56,869 nucleotides of DNA, from NCBI GenBank assembly GCA_046756545.1, contig JBHHWM010000003.1, forward strand, positions 1-56,869. Direction: 5' to 3'. Below the pieces are notes generated by a model. It made no database searches. It was given only the letters and a program-made list of their open reading frames with translations, and had not been told where the DNA came from. Positions 39,989-50,215 of the stretch are shown piece after piece. A program made the position numbers and the translations under genes. The stretch is from Rhodothermales bacterium. Lineage in GTDB: Bacteria; Bacteroidota; Rhodothermia; Rhodothermales; JBHHWM01. Numbering within the stretch: position 1 is the first letter of the stretch; the number at the start of each line of letters is the position of its first letter.

Positions 39989-41221
39989 ATGCCTACCCTA
40001 AGCCCCCAACCAACCCGTGCGCGGGTTGCATCCTGTGTTTTCCTGTTCTTGATGCTGTCGTTCGGAACGCCCGTTCGAGCGACGGCCCAGGACGTCGGCC
40101 TCGACGCCTTAGAACAGCAGGTCGTCGACCTGTTCGAACGGAGCTGTGCCCGCTCAGGCTGCCACGCCGGCCCCGTGCCGCAGCAAGGCATGATGCTGAC
40201 CCGGGATCAGTTCTATGCCTCGATTGTCGGCGAGCCCAGCCGGGAACGGCCTGCCTTACAACGCGTCCACCCCGGCCAACCCGAGATCAGCTACCTCGTC
40301 ATGAAAGTCAAGGGAGCCCCAGGCATCATCGGAAGCCGGATGCCGCTCGCCGGCGACGGGCTCTCGGACGAAGACATACGGACCATTGAACAATGGATCG
40401 CCCGCCTCGACGAGGTAGACGAACGCCGCAAGCAACAAGTAACAGCCTCCGAACCCTATCCTTTCGACGGCTGGAAAATCATCAATCTACCGACCACGCG
40501 GGCCCTCGATGCGGGCAGCGTCCTCTTTCTCATCGGCCACCGTTTCAACCCCAAGATCAGCGACGGATACGATGCCCTCTTCGGCCTCGACGGCAGCGGC
40601 ATCATCTACCTGAGTGTGGGCCATGCCCTGACGGATGATTTTCTCATTGCGCTGGGCCGGAGCAACGCTTCCGACAACGTCGAACTCCAGGCTCGATACC
40701 GGATAGCGCGTCAGGATGGACCGCGCAGGTGGCCCGTTGCGGTTAGCGCGCAGGCGGCCGTCAACTGGATCTCGGAGAAGCCGCCGGGAGAAAGCCGTTA
40801 CCGGAGCGAAGCCTTTAAGTTCACCGGCCAGGTGAGTCTGGCACGCGAGATAGCGCCGGGCGTCGGCGTGGCCGTCGTGCCCGGTCTTCTGATCAATCCT
40901 GCCGAAAACGTCGAAGGAGAAGACCCGATGGTTACGCTGGGGCTGGGAGGGCGCTGGCGGTTTTACCGGAATCTCTCGCTCGTCGGCGAGTGGGTCCCCA
41001 TCCTTTCCGGGTTCACACGAACGACGACCTTCGGCAACGACATTCGCTTCGATAGCTGGGGCGGCGGCCTCGAAATCACGACCGGGGGCCATGTCTTCCA
41101 GATCGTGGTCAGCAACACCGTCGGGCTCACGACGGATCAGTACCTGCGTGGAGGCGACCTCGACATCACCGAAGGCGATCTACGCCTCGGGTTCAACATT
41201 TTCCGCATCCTGAACTTCTGA
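39989..41221 (+). CDS. Cytochrome-c-like (CX4CH) domain fused to DUF5777 beta-barrel
   Basis: Signal peptide; CARSGCH...SYL..K...RMP...QW domain; then LIGHRF, FGLD, TGGHVFQ, LGFNIFR typical of DUF5777. Confidence 0.82.
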   Translation: MPTLSPQPTRARVASCVFLFLMLSFGTPVRATAQDVGLDALEQQVVDLFERSCARSGCHAGPVPQQGMMLTRDQFYASIVGEPSRERPALQRVHPGQPEISYLVMKVKGAPGIIGSRMPLAGDGLSDEDIRTIEQWIARLDEVDERRKQQVTASEPYPFDGWKIINLPTTRALDAGSVLFLIGHRFNPKISDGYDALFGLDGSGIIYLSVGHALTDDFLIALGRSNASDNVELQARYRIARQDGPRRWPVAVSAQAAVNWISEKPPGESRYRSEAFKFTGQVSLAREIAPGVGVAVVPGLLINPAENVEGEDPMVTLGLGGRWRFYRNLSLVGEWVPILSGFTRTTTFGNDIRFDSWGGGLEITTGGHVFQIVVSNTVGLTTDQYLRGGDLDITEGDLRLGFNIFRILNF

Positions 41222-41234
41222 ACAGCCCCCCGAC

Positions 41235-41657
41235 ATGATGCCCCCCTTTCGAAACCGTCTTGTCTCTTTGATCTTGTTGACCTTGCTTACGGCGAGCTGC
41301 GAACACGTCGGACCGCTGGAACGGATCCCTCTGGAACCCACGCTGACGAGTATTCAGGCTAACATTTTCAGCACCAACTGTGCGCTTTCGGGCTGCCACG
41401 CAGGAGCCGCTCCCCAGCAGGGCATGAACCTGAGCGAGGGACAGGCTCACGCAAATGTCGTGAACGTCCGCAGCCGGGAGAGACCCGATCTTTTCCGCGT
41501 AGCGCCGGGCAGCCCGGACAGCAGCTATCTCTTCTTGAAAATCACCGGAGCACCCGGCATCGTGGGCGAACGCATGCCGCGCGGACGAGCCCCGCTCTCC
41601 GCCGAGCAAATCAGCGCCGTCCGCCAGTGGATTGCCGACGACGCACTCGATAATTGA
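41235..41657 (+). CDS. Cytochrome-c-like lipoprotein (CX4CH)
   Basis: Lipobox LTASC, CALSGCH, distal RMP; 41/67 identical without gaps to the N-terminal domain of 39989..41221. Confidence 0.82.
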   Translation: MMPPFRNRLVSLILLTLLTASCEHVGPLERIPLEPTLTSIQANIFSTNCALSGCHAGAAPQQGMNLSEGQAHANVVNVRSRERPDLFRVAPGSPDSSYLFLKITGAPGIVGERMPRGRAPLSAEQISAVRQWIADDALDN

Positions 41658-42066
41658 TGCTCCTTCTTCTGCGTTCCCCTCTGGTCGCAGCAAGGAAGGG
41701 AGGCCCTTGTTTGTGCGTCGATTCTTCGTCTCGCCGCTTCCTCAGTTCCGGGGTGCGACCTGAGGGTACAACGTGCGTTATTACCGTGTCCGTCGCCCCC
41801 CCGAGCGAAGCAGGTTATTTTCTTCCCCTGAGTCTGCCGGATCAAAACAAGGGTAGCCATGCGTAGGAGCTACCTGTTCAGCCAAAACCACCGCATAGGC
41901 ATGGATGCCGCCAGCGGAGTAACGGTAGAATAGGATGATGCTAGAAGGTGGCTCCGGTACCCATCCCGCACACCCAACCTGTTATGCATCAGAGAGCCCT
42001 TTGACCAATGGCAACGTGGACCGGCACAGGGACCGGTCGGGCGGTACCGCCTTATCCCAACGGCTC

Positions 42067-43191
42067 ATGAAAAACCGGTCGATGACCCGGCGTACGTTTC
42101 TTCAGCGAGCAGGCGGTATCGCCGTCGGCCTGGGCTTTGTGCCGCTCGGCGGCTGTGAGACCATCACGGTCACCCCGCGCATCACGGGCGGCGATGTAGC
42201 CTTCCTGTCTCCCCTCGACCTCGACCCGGCACAGGGCGGCTTCTACGTCGAAAACGGGGCGGAAGGCGCTATCGGCGGCTGGACGATGCCGGACCTCGAC
42301 CCGGCGACCTGGTCGCTGACCATCGACGGCCTCGTAGCCACCCCGCTGACGCTCGGCCTGGCCGACCTGGAAGCCGAACCCGCCGTGACGCTCCTCAAAA
42401 CGATGCGCTGCATCACCGACTCGAACGAGTTCCCCGGCCTGATCGGCACAACGCTCTGGAGCGGCATCCCCCTGCGCCTGTTCCTCGACCGCGCCGGCAT
42501 CGACCGCACCCGTGCGCACCGCTTGCGCATCTACGGCACGGACGGCTTCACCAACAACCTCAAGCTCGACGACGTCTACCGCGACTTCGGCCCCGACGAG
42601 TTCGAGCCGATGCTCGCCACGCACATGAACGGCCGGCCTCTCACCCGCGAACACGGACGGCCCGCACGCCTGTTCGTCTTCAACGATTACGGCTATCGAA
42701 GCGTGAAGTGGATCGCACGCATCGAGGCGACGGAGAGCGACGAGGTGTTCGGCACCTACCAGCAAGTGCTGGGCTTCTCGGACGACAGCGTCATCCGGGT
42801 ATCCAGCAAGATCACCAACCCGGTCTTCAACCAGGTGCTGCCTGCCGGAACGATGCTGGTCTCGGGCTTTGCGGTCAGCGGGTTCGGGGCCGTCACCAGG
42901 GTCGAGGTATCCTTCGACGGCGGTCCTTTTCAACCTGCTCGCCTCGTGCCGTTCGACGAGTTATTGACCGACGAACCCGACCTGGCCCACGCTCGCCAGG
43001 TGGCAAACGGGCTGGCCTTTCCGTTCCGCTCCGTATGGGTAAAATGGACCATTCGCTGGGACGCTACGCCCGGCACCCATGAGATCCGCGTGCGTGCCAC
43101 CGACGCTGCCGGCAACATCCAGGAAGACAACGACTTTACGTTTGAAGACGGGTTCAACCCGATCCCCGCCGTCACCGTCACGGTGGAATAA
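42067..43191 (+). CDS. Sulfite-oxidase-family molybdopterin oxidoreductase with Tat lipoprotein signal
   Basis: MTRRTFL...LGGC, TMRC Mo-ligand Cys, WSGIPL, HGRPARL, SVKWI, dimerisation domain RVEVSFDGG...RATDAAGN. Confidence 0.9.
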   Translation: MKNRSMTRRTFLQRAGGIAVGLGFVPLGGCETITVTPRITGGDVAFLSPLDLDPAQGGFYVENGAEGAIGGWTMPDLDPATWSLTIDGLVATPLTLGLADLEAEPAVTLLKTMRCITDSNEFPGLIGTTLWSGIPLRLFLDRAGIDRTRAHRLRIYGTDGFTNNLKLDDVYRDFGPDEFEPMLATHMNGRPLTREHGRPARLFVFNDYGYRSVKWIARIEATESDEVFGTYQQVLGFSDDSVIRVSSKITNPVFNQVLPAGTMLVSGFAVSGFGAVTRVEVSFDGGPFQPARLVPFDELLTDEPDLAHARQVANGLAFPFRSVWVKWTIRWDATPGTHEIRVRATDAAGNIQEDNDFTFEDGFNPIPAVTVTVE

Positions 43192-45663
43192 TCATTCCAA
43201 TGATCCATCGGGAGACACCACCTGACTTTCTTCGCATTCAGGATTGTGCACCGTCCGAGGAGTACACATCGAAAGCGAAGCCGCCAGGTCCTGGGAACGC
43301 ACCGGCTTGCTGATATAGTCGTCCATCCCGGCTTCCAGATACTGCTCGGCATCACCCGGCATGGCGTTGGCGGTCAGGGCAATGATGCGGGGCCGGTCGG
43401 CAGGCTCCCACGTTTCCCGAATGAGTCGGGTAGCTTCCAGCCCATCCATCTCCGGCATATGAATGTCCATGAGCACCACGTCGTACGCCTGCCGTCGTAA
43501 GGCATCGAGCACCTCCAGACCGTTGGCCGCCACGTCCGCCCGATAGCCCAATCGCTCCAACAGACGCAGCGCCACTTTCTGATTGACGAGATTATCTTCG
43601 GCCAGCAACACGCGTAACGGCACTACCTCAGCCTGCTCGTCGGGCCGATGAACGGGGATCGACGCTGCGGACGCATCGACGCCTCCCTGCGACGTGAGCG
43701 CCGCTACGAGCACCTCATAGAACTGGCCTTGTTTAACGGGCTTGGTCAACCACGCAAAGAGCGACACCGCATGTGTTTTGATCGACGAGCCGGCTGAACT
43801 GAGCATGATCAACGGAAACGGCTTACCGTCGCCGTGTTTCGCGATTTCTTCCGCCAGCCTCAATCCGTCCATCTCGGGCATCTGCATGTCTAGAAGGGCC
43901 ACGTCATACGATTCACCCCGGTCGAGCCGGGCCAGCGCCTCCGGGCCGCCGGCCACGGCTATCGGTTGCATGCCCCAGGCTCGCGTCTGATGCACCAGGA
44001 TGCGCCGGTTGGTCGCATTATCGTCTACAATCAACACCCGTTTGTTCCGCAAAACGGGCTGTTCCCCGTTCCAGGGTGTTGTGGGTCGCTCGGCAGCCGA
44101 GGTAACCGTAATGGTGAAATAAAACGTCGATCCAGCCCCTTCTTCACTGTCAACGGACAGGCTGCCTCCCAGCATCTCGACGAGTCGTTTGCTGATGGCA
44201 AGGCCGAGGCCCGTCCCGCCGTACTTGCGCGTCATGGAAGAGTCCACCTGGCTGAACGATTTGAACAGACGATCCAGCCGCGCCCTGGGAATGCCGATGC
44301 CGGTATCGCGCACGGCAAAGCCCAGTTCGTATCGGTCCACCCCCGACAGCTTCGCCGTGACGTGCACGAACACCTCGCCTTCTTCGGTGAACTTGACCGC
44401 GTTCGAGAGCAGATTTGCCAGAATCTGCCGCAGGCGGGTTACATCCGTCACCACGATGTCCGGAACCTCGTCGTCGATATAGTAGAGCAGTTCGAGGCCT
44501 TTTTTGGAAGCCGTCACCACCACGAGATCGAGCGATTCCTCGACACAGGAACGCAACTCAAAGGGATACGCTTCGAACGTGAGCTTTCCCGCCTCAATCT
44601 TCGAGAAATCCAGAATGTCGTTGATGACGGCAAGCAGGGTGTCTCCCGAAGATCGAATGGTGTCCACAAAGTCGCGCTGCTCGGGCGAGAGGGGGGTGTC
44701 GAGCAACAGGGTAGTCATGCCGATGACGCCGTTCATGGGGGTACGTATCTCGTGGCTCATATTGGCCAGGAACTCGCTCTTGGCCTGGTTCGCCGCTTCC
44801 GCCGCCTCGACCGCACGTACCAGCGCGGCCTCCGTCTTTTTCCGTTCGAAGACTTCCTGCTGCAACTCGCTCGTTCGGTCCCAGACGCGTTCTTCCAGTT
44901 CGTCATGGGCCCGGCGCAACGCGAGGTCCCGCTCGCGAATCTGGCGAAGCATATGATTGAAGCTTTCGATGAGCAGGCCCACTTCATCTTTCGACGAGGC
45001 TTCCACCAGCACGTCGGTCTTCCCTTCGGCCACTTCGCTCGCTGCTTGTTGCAGCTTCATGATCGGAGCAATTACGGTTCTCCGCGTCACCCACTGGGCA
45101 AGACCGAAAAGAAGCAACACCACCAATCCCATGACAAACGCGGCAACCCTCATCTCCATCACTTTCCGATCAACCCGTTCCAGGGAAAAACCGAGGATAA
45201 CGCGCCCCATATATTTGCCTCCCTTCTGCATGATGAAAGCATAGAGCAAGAAGCCCTGATGCTCCACCATGCCTCCCTGGGAGATGACCGAGGCCACATC
45301 AATGGCCAGGCTATCCGGATTGGTTACACTCAGCGTCGTGTTTTCTTCGTCAAGGATGGCGAGGTATCGTAAATCTTCATCCTGCTTCGTCCAACTGACG
45401 ACCCGTTCGAGCACCTGAAAATCTCCTGAATCAAGCGCATTCCCCACGCTCAGGGCCACCATCTCCGTCACCACTTCCACTTTATCCCGCATCGTATCGA
45501 TGATCTGGCGGCGTTGCTGTTCCGGGAAATACGAAAAGACGAGCACCCCGACAATCACCGCCGTCACCGTAGCCACCCCGAAGAGCTTGGCACGAAGAGG
45601 CAGGTCGAGATATTTCTGCGCTATGGGAAGAGTATCCGACGTCACGGGGGTTCGCAGGTCCAC
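43192..45663 (-). CDS. Hybrid sensor histidine kinase (TM-periplasmic-TM-HAMP-HisKA-HATPase-REC-REC)
   Basis: [32 protein letters not shown], two receiver domains, no Hpt. Confidence 0.94.
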   Translation of the reverse strand: MDLRTPVTSDTLPIAQKYLDLPLRAKLFGVATVTAVIVGVLVFSYFPEQQRRQIIDTMRDKVEVVTEMVALSVGNALDSGDFQVLERVVSWTKQDEDLRYLAILDEENTTLSVTNPDSLAIDVASVISQGGMVEHQGFLLYAFIMQKGGKYMGRVILGFSLERVDRKVMEMRVAAFVMGLVVLLLFGLAQWVTRRTVIAPIMKLQQAASEVAEGKTDVLVEASSKDEVGLLIESFNHMLRQIRERDLALRRAHDELEERVWDRTSELQQEVFERKKTEAALVRAVEAAEAANQAKSEFLANMSHEIRTPMNGVIGMTTLLLDTPLSPEQRDFVDTIRSSGDTLLAVINDILDFSKIEAGKLTFEAYPFELRSCVEESLDLVVVTASKKGLELLYYIDDEVPDIVVTDVTRLRQILANLLSNAVKFTEEGEVFVHVTAKLSGVDRYELGFAVRDTGIGIPRARLDRLFKSFSQVDSSMTRKYGGTGLGLAISKRLVEMLGGSLSVDSEEGAGSTFYFTITVTSAAERPTTPWNGEQPVLRNKRVLIVDDNATNRRILVHQTRAWGMQPIAVAGGPEALARLDRGESYDVALLDMQMPEMDGLRLAEEIAKHGDGKPFPLIMLSSAGSSIKTHAVSLFAWLTKPVKQGQFYEVLVAALTSQGGVDASAASIPVHRPDEQAEVVPLRVLLAEDNLVNQKVALRLLERLGYRADVAANGLEVLDALRRQAYDVVLMDIHMPEMDGLEATRLIRETWEPADRPRIIALTANAMPGDAEQYLEAGMDDYISKPVRSQDLAASLSMCTPRTVHNPECEESQVVSPDGSLE

Positions 45664-45674
45664 ATTCGCTTCAA

Positions 45675-46154
45675 CTATTTCAGCACATAGACGGTCTGTT
45701 CCGGTCCGAGGCCGTTCACCCTGACCACCTTCACGTCGTCAGGGACGTTTTCGTAATGGATGAACCCGATGGCCCCCTCGTGCTCTCGGATGTAGTCGAG
45801 CACCTTTTCATCCGTGTTGTGGCTGATGGGGCCTTGCGAGGCTTGCCCGGACAGCATCACCTTGACCCAGATTTTGCGCACGGCCCTCATGTTTTTGTCC
45901 ATCACGACCTCAAAAAACCGGTCGCCCAGGTTGGTCTGGATACATAAATCGGAGAACGTGGTCACTTCGCCCGAATAAATCCGCTTCAGTTCCGTGAGGG
46001 TGAGGTTATCGACGGGGCTCGACGGATGCACGACCACGGCAATCTGAGCCGGTGCCACTCTGGTCCCGGTTGCGACAAGCAGCATCACGAGCATCATCCG
46101 GATAAGCCCCGGCGGCGGCGTGCCGTTGTTCGGCTGTCTCGTTCGGTCTCTCAT
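45675..46154 (-). CDS. Small single-domain PstS-like periplasmic binding protein
   Basis: Signal peptide, [26 protein letters not shown]. Confidence 0.78.
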   Translation of the reverse strand: MRDRTRQPNNGTPPPGLIRMMLVMLLVATGTRVAPAQIAVVVHPSSPVDNLTLTELKRIYSGEVTTFSDLCIQTNLGDRFFEVVMDKNMRAVRKIWVKVMLSGQASQGPISHNTDEKVLDYIREHEGAIGFIHYENVPDDVKVVRVNGLGPEQTVYVLK

Positions 46155-46163
46155 ACCATCCTC

Positions 46164-47234
46164 CTAAAACGCCACAGCCACTGAAGAAACAAAAAGGGTA
46201 TACGACGCGACATCGTCGTTCCGGAAGTGTTTGAAGTGTACCTCCGTTTTCAGATACACCCTGGCCGTCGCCGAGAAATTGACCCCCAGGGTCACATCGA
46301 TCTCTTCATCGTCGGCGCGGTCGGTATTCGGGTCGAAGTAATCATAGCGTACAAAGGGGGTCAGGCGGTCGGCCAGCGTATAGGCGGCCTGCCCGTAAAC
46401 GCCCAGGGCCTTTTGAAAAACGCCGGTCCCCGCACCATCGGGGTCGACCCGTTCGAGCCGGGAAAACGCTGCTTCGCTTTTCAACTGCAATCCGGCCGCA
46501 TGATCAAACGCCGCGTCGAACCCAAAGCCATGCTGCCGCGCATGATCGGCTGTGCCGTTTCTTTCGGTAAAGTAGGATGTCCCCACTTCCAGGCTCTCTC
46601 CCGGAAACCCGACGATCACTCGTCCACCGAGCGCTTTGTTATGATTATCGTCGGCCTTGTACGGATCGCGCCCGCGCCCGTTAGCGACGTAGGCGGAATA
46701 GTCCAGCTTCCAATCCTCATAGAAGTAGGTGCCCACTACCTGCACGCCGCTGGCAAACTTGGGATAAAACCGCTGTTTGCCGCCGAGCGGATTTCGATGC
46801 TTCCCATAGATGGACGTAGGTAAAAACGTGCTCAGAAAGGTAGGGGTCGCGTCGTGCAGAAGGTTATAGATGCCGTAGGGGGTCAGGAACTTACCCGCAC
46901 GCACCTTCAGGGCATCCGAATACTTGTATTCTACCCACGCCCGCTCCAGCCGAATCTCGCCCAGCCCGCTGCTGCCGGAGAAATCCACTCCGTGCTCCCA
47001 CTCTACTTCGCTGAAAACCCGGAAGTGCTCGTCCAGCCTGAAGGTGTTGATGACGTTGAAGTGGTGGATATCGAACGTCGAGTGCGTCCCCTCTTTGGTG
47101 GTTGCCTCAAACTCCAGGTCAACGTATCCATAGGTAGACAGCGCCCGCTGTTGCGCCAGCGCGGAACACCCTGCCGACGTGAGCAGCATCACCAGCACCA
47201 TCACGGTTCGTTTCATTCTCTTAGGCGTTTGCAT
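46164..47234 (-). CDS. Porin-like outer-membrane beta-barrel (OprO/P-like)
   Basis: Signal peptide, SEVEWEHG, LERAWVEY, VRAGKFLTPYG, FVRYD, C-terminal VAVAF. Confidence 0.8.
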   Translation of the reverse strand: MQTPKRMKRTVMVLVMLLTSAGCSALAQQRALSTYGYVDLEFEATTKEGTHSTFDIHHFNVINTFRLDEHFRVFSEVEWEHGVDFSGSSGLGEIRLERAWVEYKYSDALKVRAGKFLTPYGIYNLLHDATPTFLSTFLPTSIYGKHRNPLGGKQRFYPKFASGVQVVGTYFYEDWKLDYSAYVANGRGRDPYKADDNHNKALGGRVIVGFPGESLEVGTSYFTERNGTADHARQHGFGFDAAFDHAAGLQLKSEAAFSRLERVDPDGAGTGVFQKALGVYGQAAYTLADRLTPFVRYDYFDPNTDRADDEEIDVTLGVNFSATARVYLKTEVHFKHFRNDDVASYTLFVSSVAVAF

Positions 47235-47537
47235 GACTCGGCCGATCTATCCCTCGACTGCTGGAAAAAGGGAGTGCCCCAAAGGCAAAAAGCAAGAACT
47301 GAAAAGCAGCGACTCTGGGTTTTTTCGCTGTTTGATACCGGTCTCAACAAAACGCCTGCCGGATTGCCGGATCGGGATCCTCCAGCCGTAAATGAGCATG
47401 GGACAGGAATCCTTCCAGGAATACAGGAAAACCCTTCCCCTCCCGGAGGCAATTATTGCTAAGTTGATGCTAAAATAATCGAAGCCCCGACGCCGGATTC
47501 ATGCTCTTTTTGCACAGATCACACTCTCACTAAACAC

Positions 47538-48881
47538 CTACGAAAGGCCGATCAGCATCGCGATAAGCAGGGCGGCAAGCCCCATACCGAAGAGCACGGC
47601 ATACCCCTTATACAGAAACCGAACCCAGTCGTTATAATTCACATGGGCGGCGGCCAGGATGGCCATCAATCCGCCGTTGGTGGGCACGATGATGTCGGCC
47701 AGCGCCCCGCCGTATTGATAGGCCATGACGGTGACCTGACGGGAAATGCCCAGCAAATCGGAGAGCGGCACCAGAATGGGCAGCGTCAACACGGCCTGCC
47801 CGGTATTGCTCGACACCGGAAAATGTAAGAACGATTGGACGACCATCATCCCGGTGGCCGACAGCGCGGCGGGCAACGATTCCAGCGGCGTAAACAAACC
47901 ATGCACGATGGTATCGATGATGTTGCCGGCATCCAGCACCACGTAGACGGCACGGGCAAACCCGATCAGCATCGCCGCGAAGGCCATCTGCTTGAACCCC
48001 TCGACGAAGGCTTTCGCCGTCCCTAAAACGCCCAGTCCTCCCATGATGCCGGCCACGACCCCCATCAGAAAAAAGAGCGCCGACATCTGGTTGAAATCCC
48101 AGTCTTGCGCCAGGACACCGTAGACAAAGCCCACAAAGGTAAGGACGACCAGGCCCAGCACCATCATATCGCGGCGGTTCATACGCTCGCCGTCCGCATC
48201 GGAACCGGCGATCCTCTCCCGGCGGTTTTTCGTGGCGTGGCGCGCGGTGTAGACCATCCAGAACGTAAGAGCCACGAGCAACACGACGGTCCGAAAGAGC
48301 CCGCCCGACAGCAAGGGCAACTCGGCCAGCTTCTGCGCGATCCCCACTGCAAACGGGTTGAGCGGGCTGAACGCCGACCCCACCACCGCCGCGCCGACGC
48401 TCATCGCCACCGCCGTCACGTTGTCGTAGCCCAGGCGACGACACAGAATCAGCAAGACGGGGATGAGCGCCACGATCTCTTCGTGCATGTTGAAGAGCGC
48501 ACCGCCCAGGCAAAAAAGCACGCACGAGATGTAAATGACGAGCGTCTCGCGATGCCCGAGCCGATAGGCCAGCGACTGCACCGCACGCCCGAACGTGCCC
48601 GTCTGCTCCACCACCACAAAGGCCCCTCCCACCAGAAACACCAGGAAGATGATATCGCCGGCATCGGCCATCCCCTCCGGCAACGCCACGAACGTGTCAA
48701 AAAAACCGACCGGTGCCGCCTCAACCTTGTGATACGATTTCGCCACGACCACCTCGCGGCCGGTAGCTTCGTCTTTCACTCGGTCATAGTTCCCGGCGGG
48801 CAACACATAGCTAAGCCCGGCAGCGACGATCATGCAGATCGTCAACAATGTAATGGGGTGGGGAAAGCGTTTTTGTTTCAT
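47538..48881 (-). CDS. yfcC: YfcC family transporter (C4-dicarboxylate anaerobic carrier-like)
   Basis: FPHP, LPAGNYDR, SPLNPFAVGIAQ, SNTGQAVLTLPIL, AYQYG..PTNG; substrate not inferable. Confidence 0.9.
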   Translation of the reverse strand: MKQKRFPHPITLLTICMIVAAGLSYVLPAGNYDRVKDEATGREVVVAKSYHKVEAAPVGFFDTFVALPEGMADAGDIIFLVFLVGGAFVVVEQTGTFGRAVQSLAYRLGHRETLVIYISCVLFCLGGALFNMHEEIVALIPVLLILCRRLGYDNVTAVAMSVGAAVVGSAFSPLNPFAVGIAQKLAELPLLSGGLFRTVVLLVALTFWMVYTARHATKNRRERIAGSDADGERMNRRDMMVLGLVVLTFVGFVYGVLAQDWDFNQMSALFFLMGVVAGIMGGLGVLGTAKAFVEGFKQMAFAAMLIGFARAVYVVLDAGNIIDTIVHGLFTPLESLPAALSATGMMVVQSFLHFPVSSNTGQAVLTLPILVPLSDLLGISRQVTVMAYQYGGALADIIVPTNGGLMAILAAAHVNYNDWVRFLYKGYAVLFGMGLAALLIAMLIGLS

Positions 48882-49034
48882 AGCCTCGGTTTTTTTGCCG
48901 ACCAATGTACAAAAGATTTTCTGATCTATGGCCGAAGCCCCGGCGATCCTGATTATCTAGCCCCGCCCTCTTGTTTTCGAGCACCCTGTGTAGCATAATG
49001 CAGACGCCTTTTCACTCCATTCCCGAGGTCCGGT

Positions 49035-50189
49035 ATGCCTCCCCTTCCGCGCCGTCTTACGCTTTCCGCCCTGTTTCTGCTCATCTTCGTCGCAGCGCCG
49101 TCAACCGCCCCGGCGCAGGCATCGCTGTCGAACGAGGCCGCCGCCGTCCTGGAACGCTTTGCCGCTCAGCTTGCCGAAGACGTGGAAGCAGACAGCGTCG
49201 GCGGCATCACCGCGGCCGTCGTTTTCGGCGATCAGGTGGTCTGGGCCGACGCCTTTGGATGGGCCGACAGAGCGCAGCAGATTCCAGCCGGCACAGAGAC
49301 CATCTACCGGGTAGGCTCGATCTCCAAATCGATCACCGCCGTGGCCCTGGTTCAACTCGCAGAACAGGGTGTGTTGAGCCTGGATGACCCCGTTGAACAT
49401 TCCTTCCCGGCCATCACCTCCCTCGACAGCCTGCCCGACCTCGCCTCGTCCATCACCTTTCGGCAACTGGCCAGCCATACCGCCGGACTCATCCGCGAGC
49501 CGACGCTGCCCGATGCCGCGTCCGGCCTCATCGAAACGTGGGAAGACAAGATCCTGATGTCCATCCCCACTACGTCGTTTAAGAGCCCGCCCGGCACCGA
49601 GTATTCGTACTCCAACATCGGCTTCGGCATCCTCGGCCTGGCCCTTTCGCGGGCGGCGAACAAGCCGTTTATGGCCCTGGTACACAACGGCATCTTCGAA
49701 CCACTGGGCATGCAGAGCAGCACGTTTATCCTGACGCCGGAGATGAAGGAGCACCTGGCCGTCGGCTACGCCAACCGGGGCGATTCCGTCAACACGGCAT
49801 GGCCTGCCCGAGAGCATGCCGGACGCGGCTACAAGGTGCCCAACGGCGGCGTCTACTCCACCGTCGGCGACCTGGCGCAGTTCATCGCGGGACAGACAGG
49901 AGCCGCAAGCAATCCCATCCTCTCTGCCGAGAGCCGTGCCGAAATGCAGCGCGTTCAGACGCCGGAAAGCGACACCGAAGGCTATGGACTGGGCTTTTCC
50001 ATCCGGCGCTCCGAGGCAGGCCATCGGATCGTCGGGCACGGCGGCAGTGTAGCGGGATACACCGCCTATCTGTGCTTCGAGCCGGAAACCAAAATCGGAG
50101 TTATCTTGCTTCGGAATTACAATAGCGGACGTACCAACCTGGGTCGCAGCGCCTCACGTCTATTAAGCAACCTGGTAACCACCTTATAA
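49035..50189 (+). CDS. Secreted serine hydrolase (beta-lactamase/AmpC-like family)
   Basis: SISK (SxxK), YSYSN, HGG; signal peptide. No evidence it acts on beta-lactams. Confidence 0.92.
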   Translation: MPPLPRRLTLSALFLLIFVAAPSTAPAQASLSNEAAAVLERFAAQLAEDVEADSVGGITAAVVFGDQVVWADAFGWADRAQQIPAGTETIYRVGSISKSITAVALVQLAEQGVLSLDDPVEHSFPAITSLDSLPDLASSITFRQLASHTAGLIREPTLPDAASGLIETWEDKILMSIPTTSFKSPPGTEYSYSNIGFGILGLALSRAANKPFMALVHNGIFEPLGMQSSTFILTPEMKEHLAVGYANRGDSVNTAWPAREHAGRGYKVPNGGVYSTVGDLAQFIAGQTGAASNPILSAESRAEMQRVQTPESDTEGYGLGFSIRRSEAGHRIVGHGGSVAGYTAYLCFEPETKIGVILLRNYNSGRTNLGRSASRLLSNLVTTL

Positions 50190-50215
50190 CGCCCATCCTA
50201 CCTGGAGATAACGCT

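Noticed and set aside
27683-41807. Identical 14-mer cgcccccccgagcg in two intergenic regions (27683-27696, 41794-41807)
   Set aside because: Flanks diverge at once and a GC-rich 14-mer match is within chance expectation at this window size.
41658-42066. Possible Moco or TPP riboswitch before the molybdoenzyme (ggggtgcgacctgagg resembles a TPP 5' end)
   Set aside because: The downstream TPP core (ACCTGA...GCGnAGGGA) and the Moco GCCTCCC...GGAAAGG elements are missing in the sense orientation; an Rfam scan would settle it.
49035-50189. Antibiotic-resistance beta-lactamase
   Set aside because: SxxK/YxN/HGG proteins of this type are mostly peptidases or esterases; nothing in the sequence indicates beta-lactam specificity or a mobile context.
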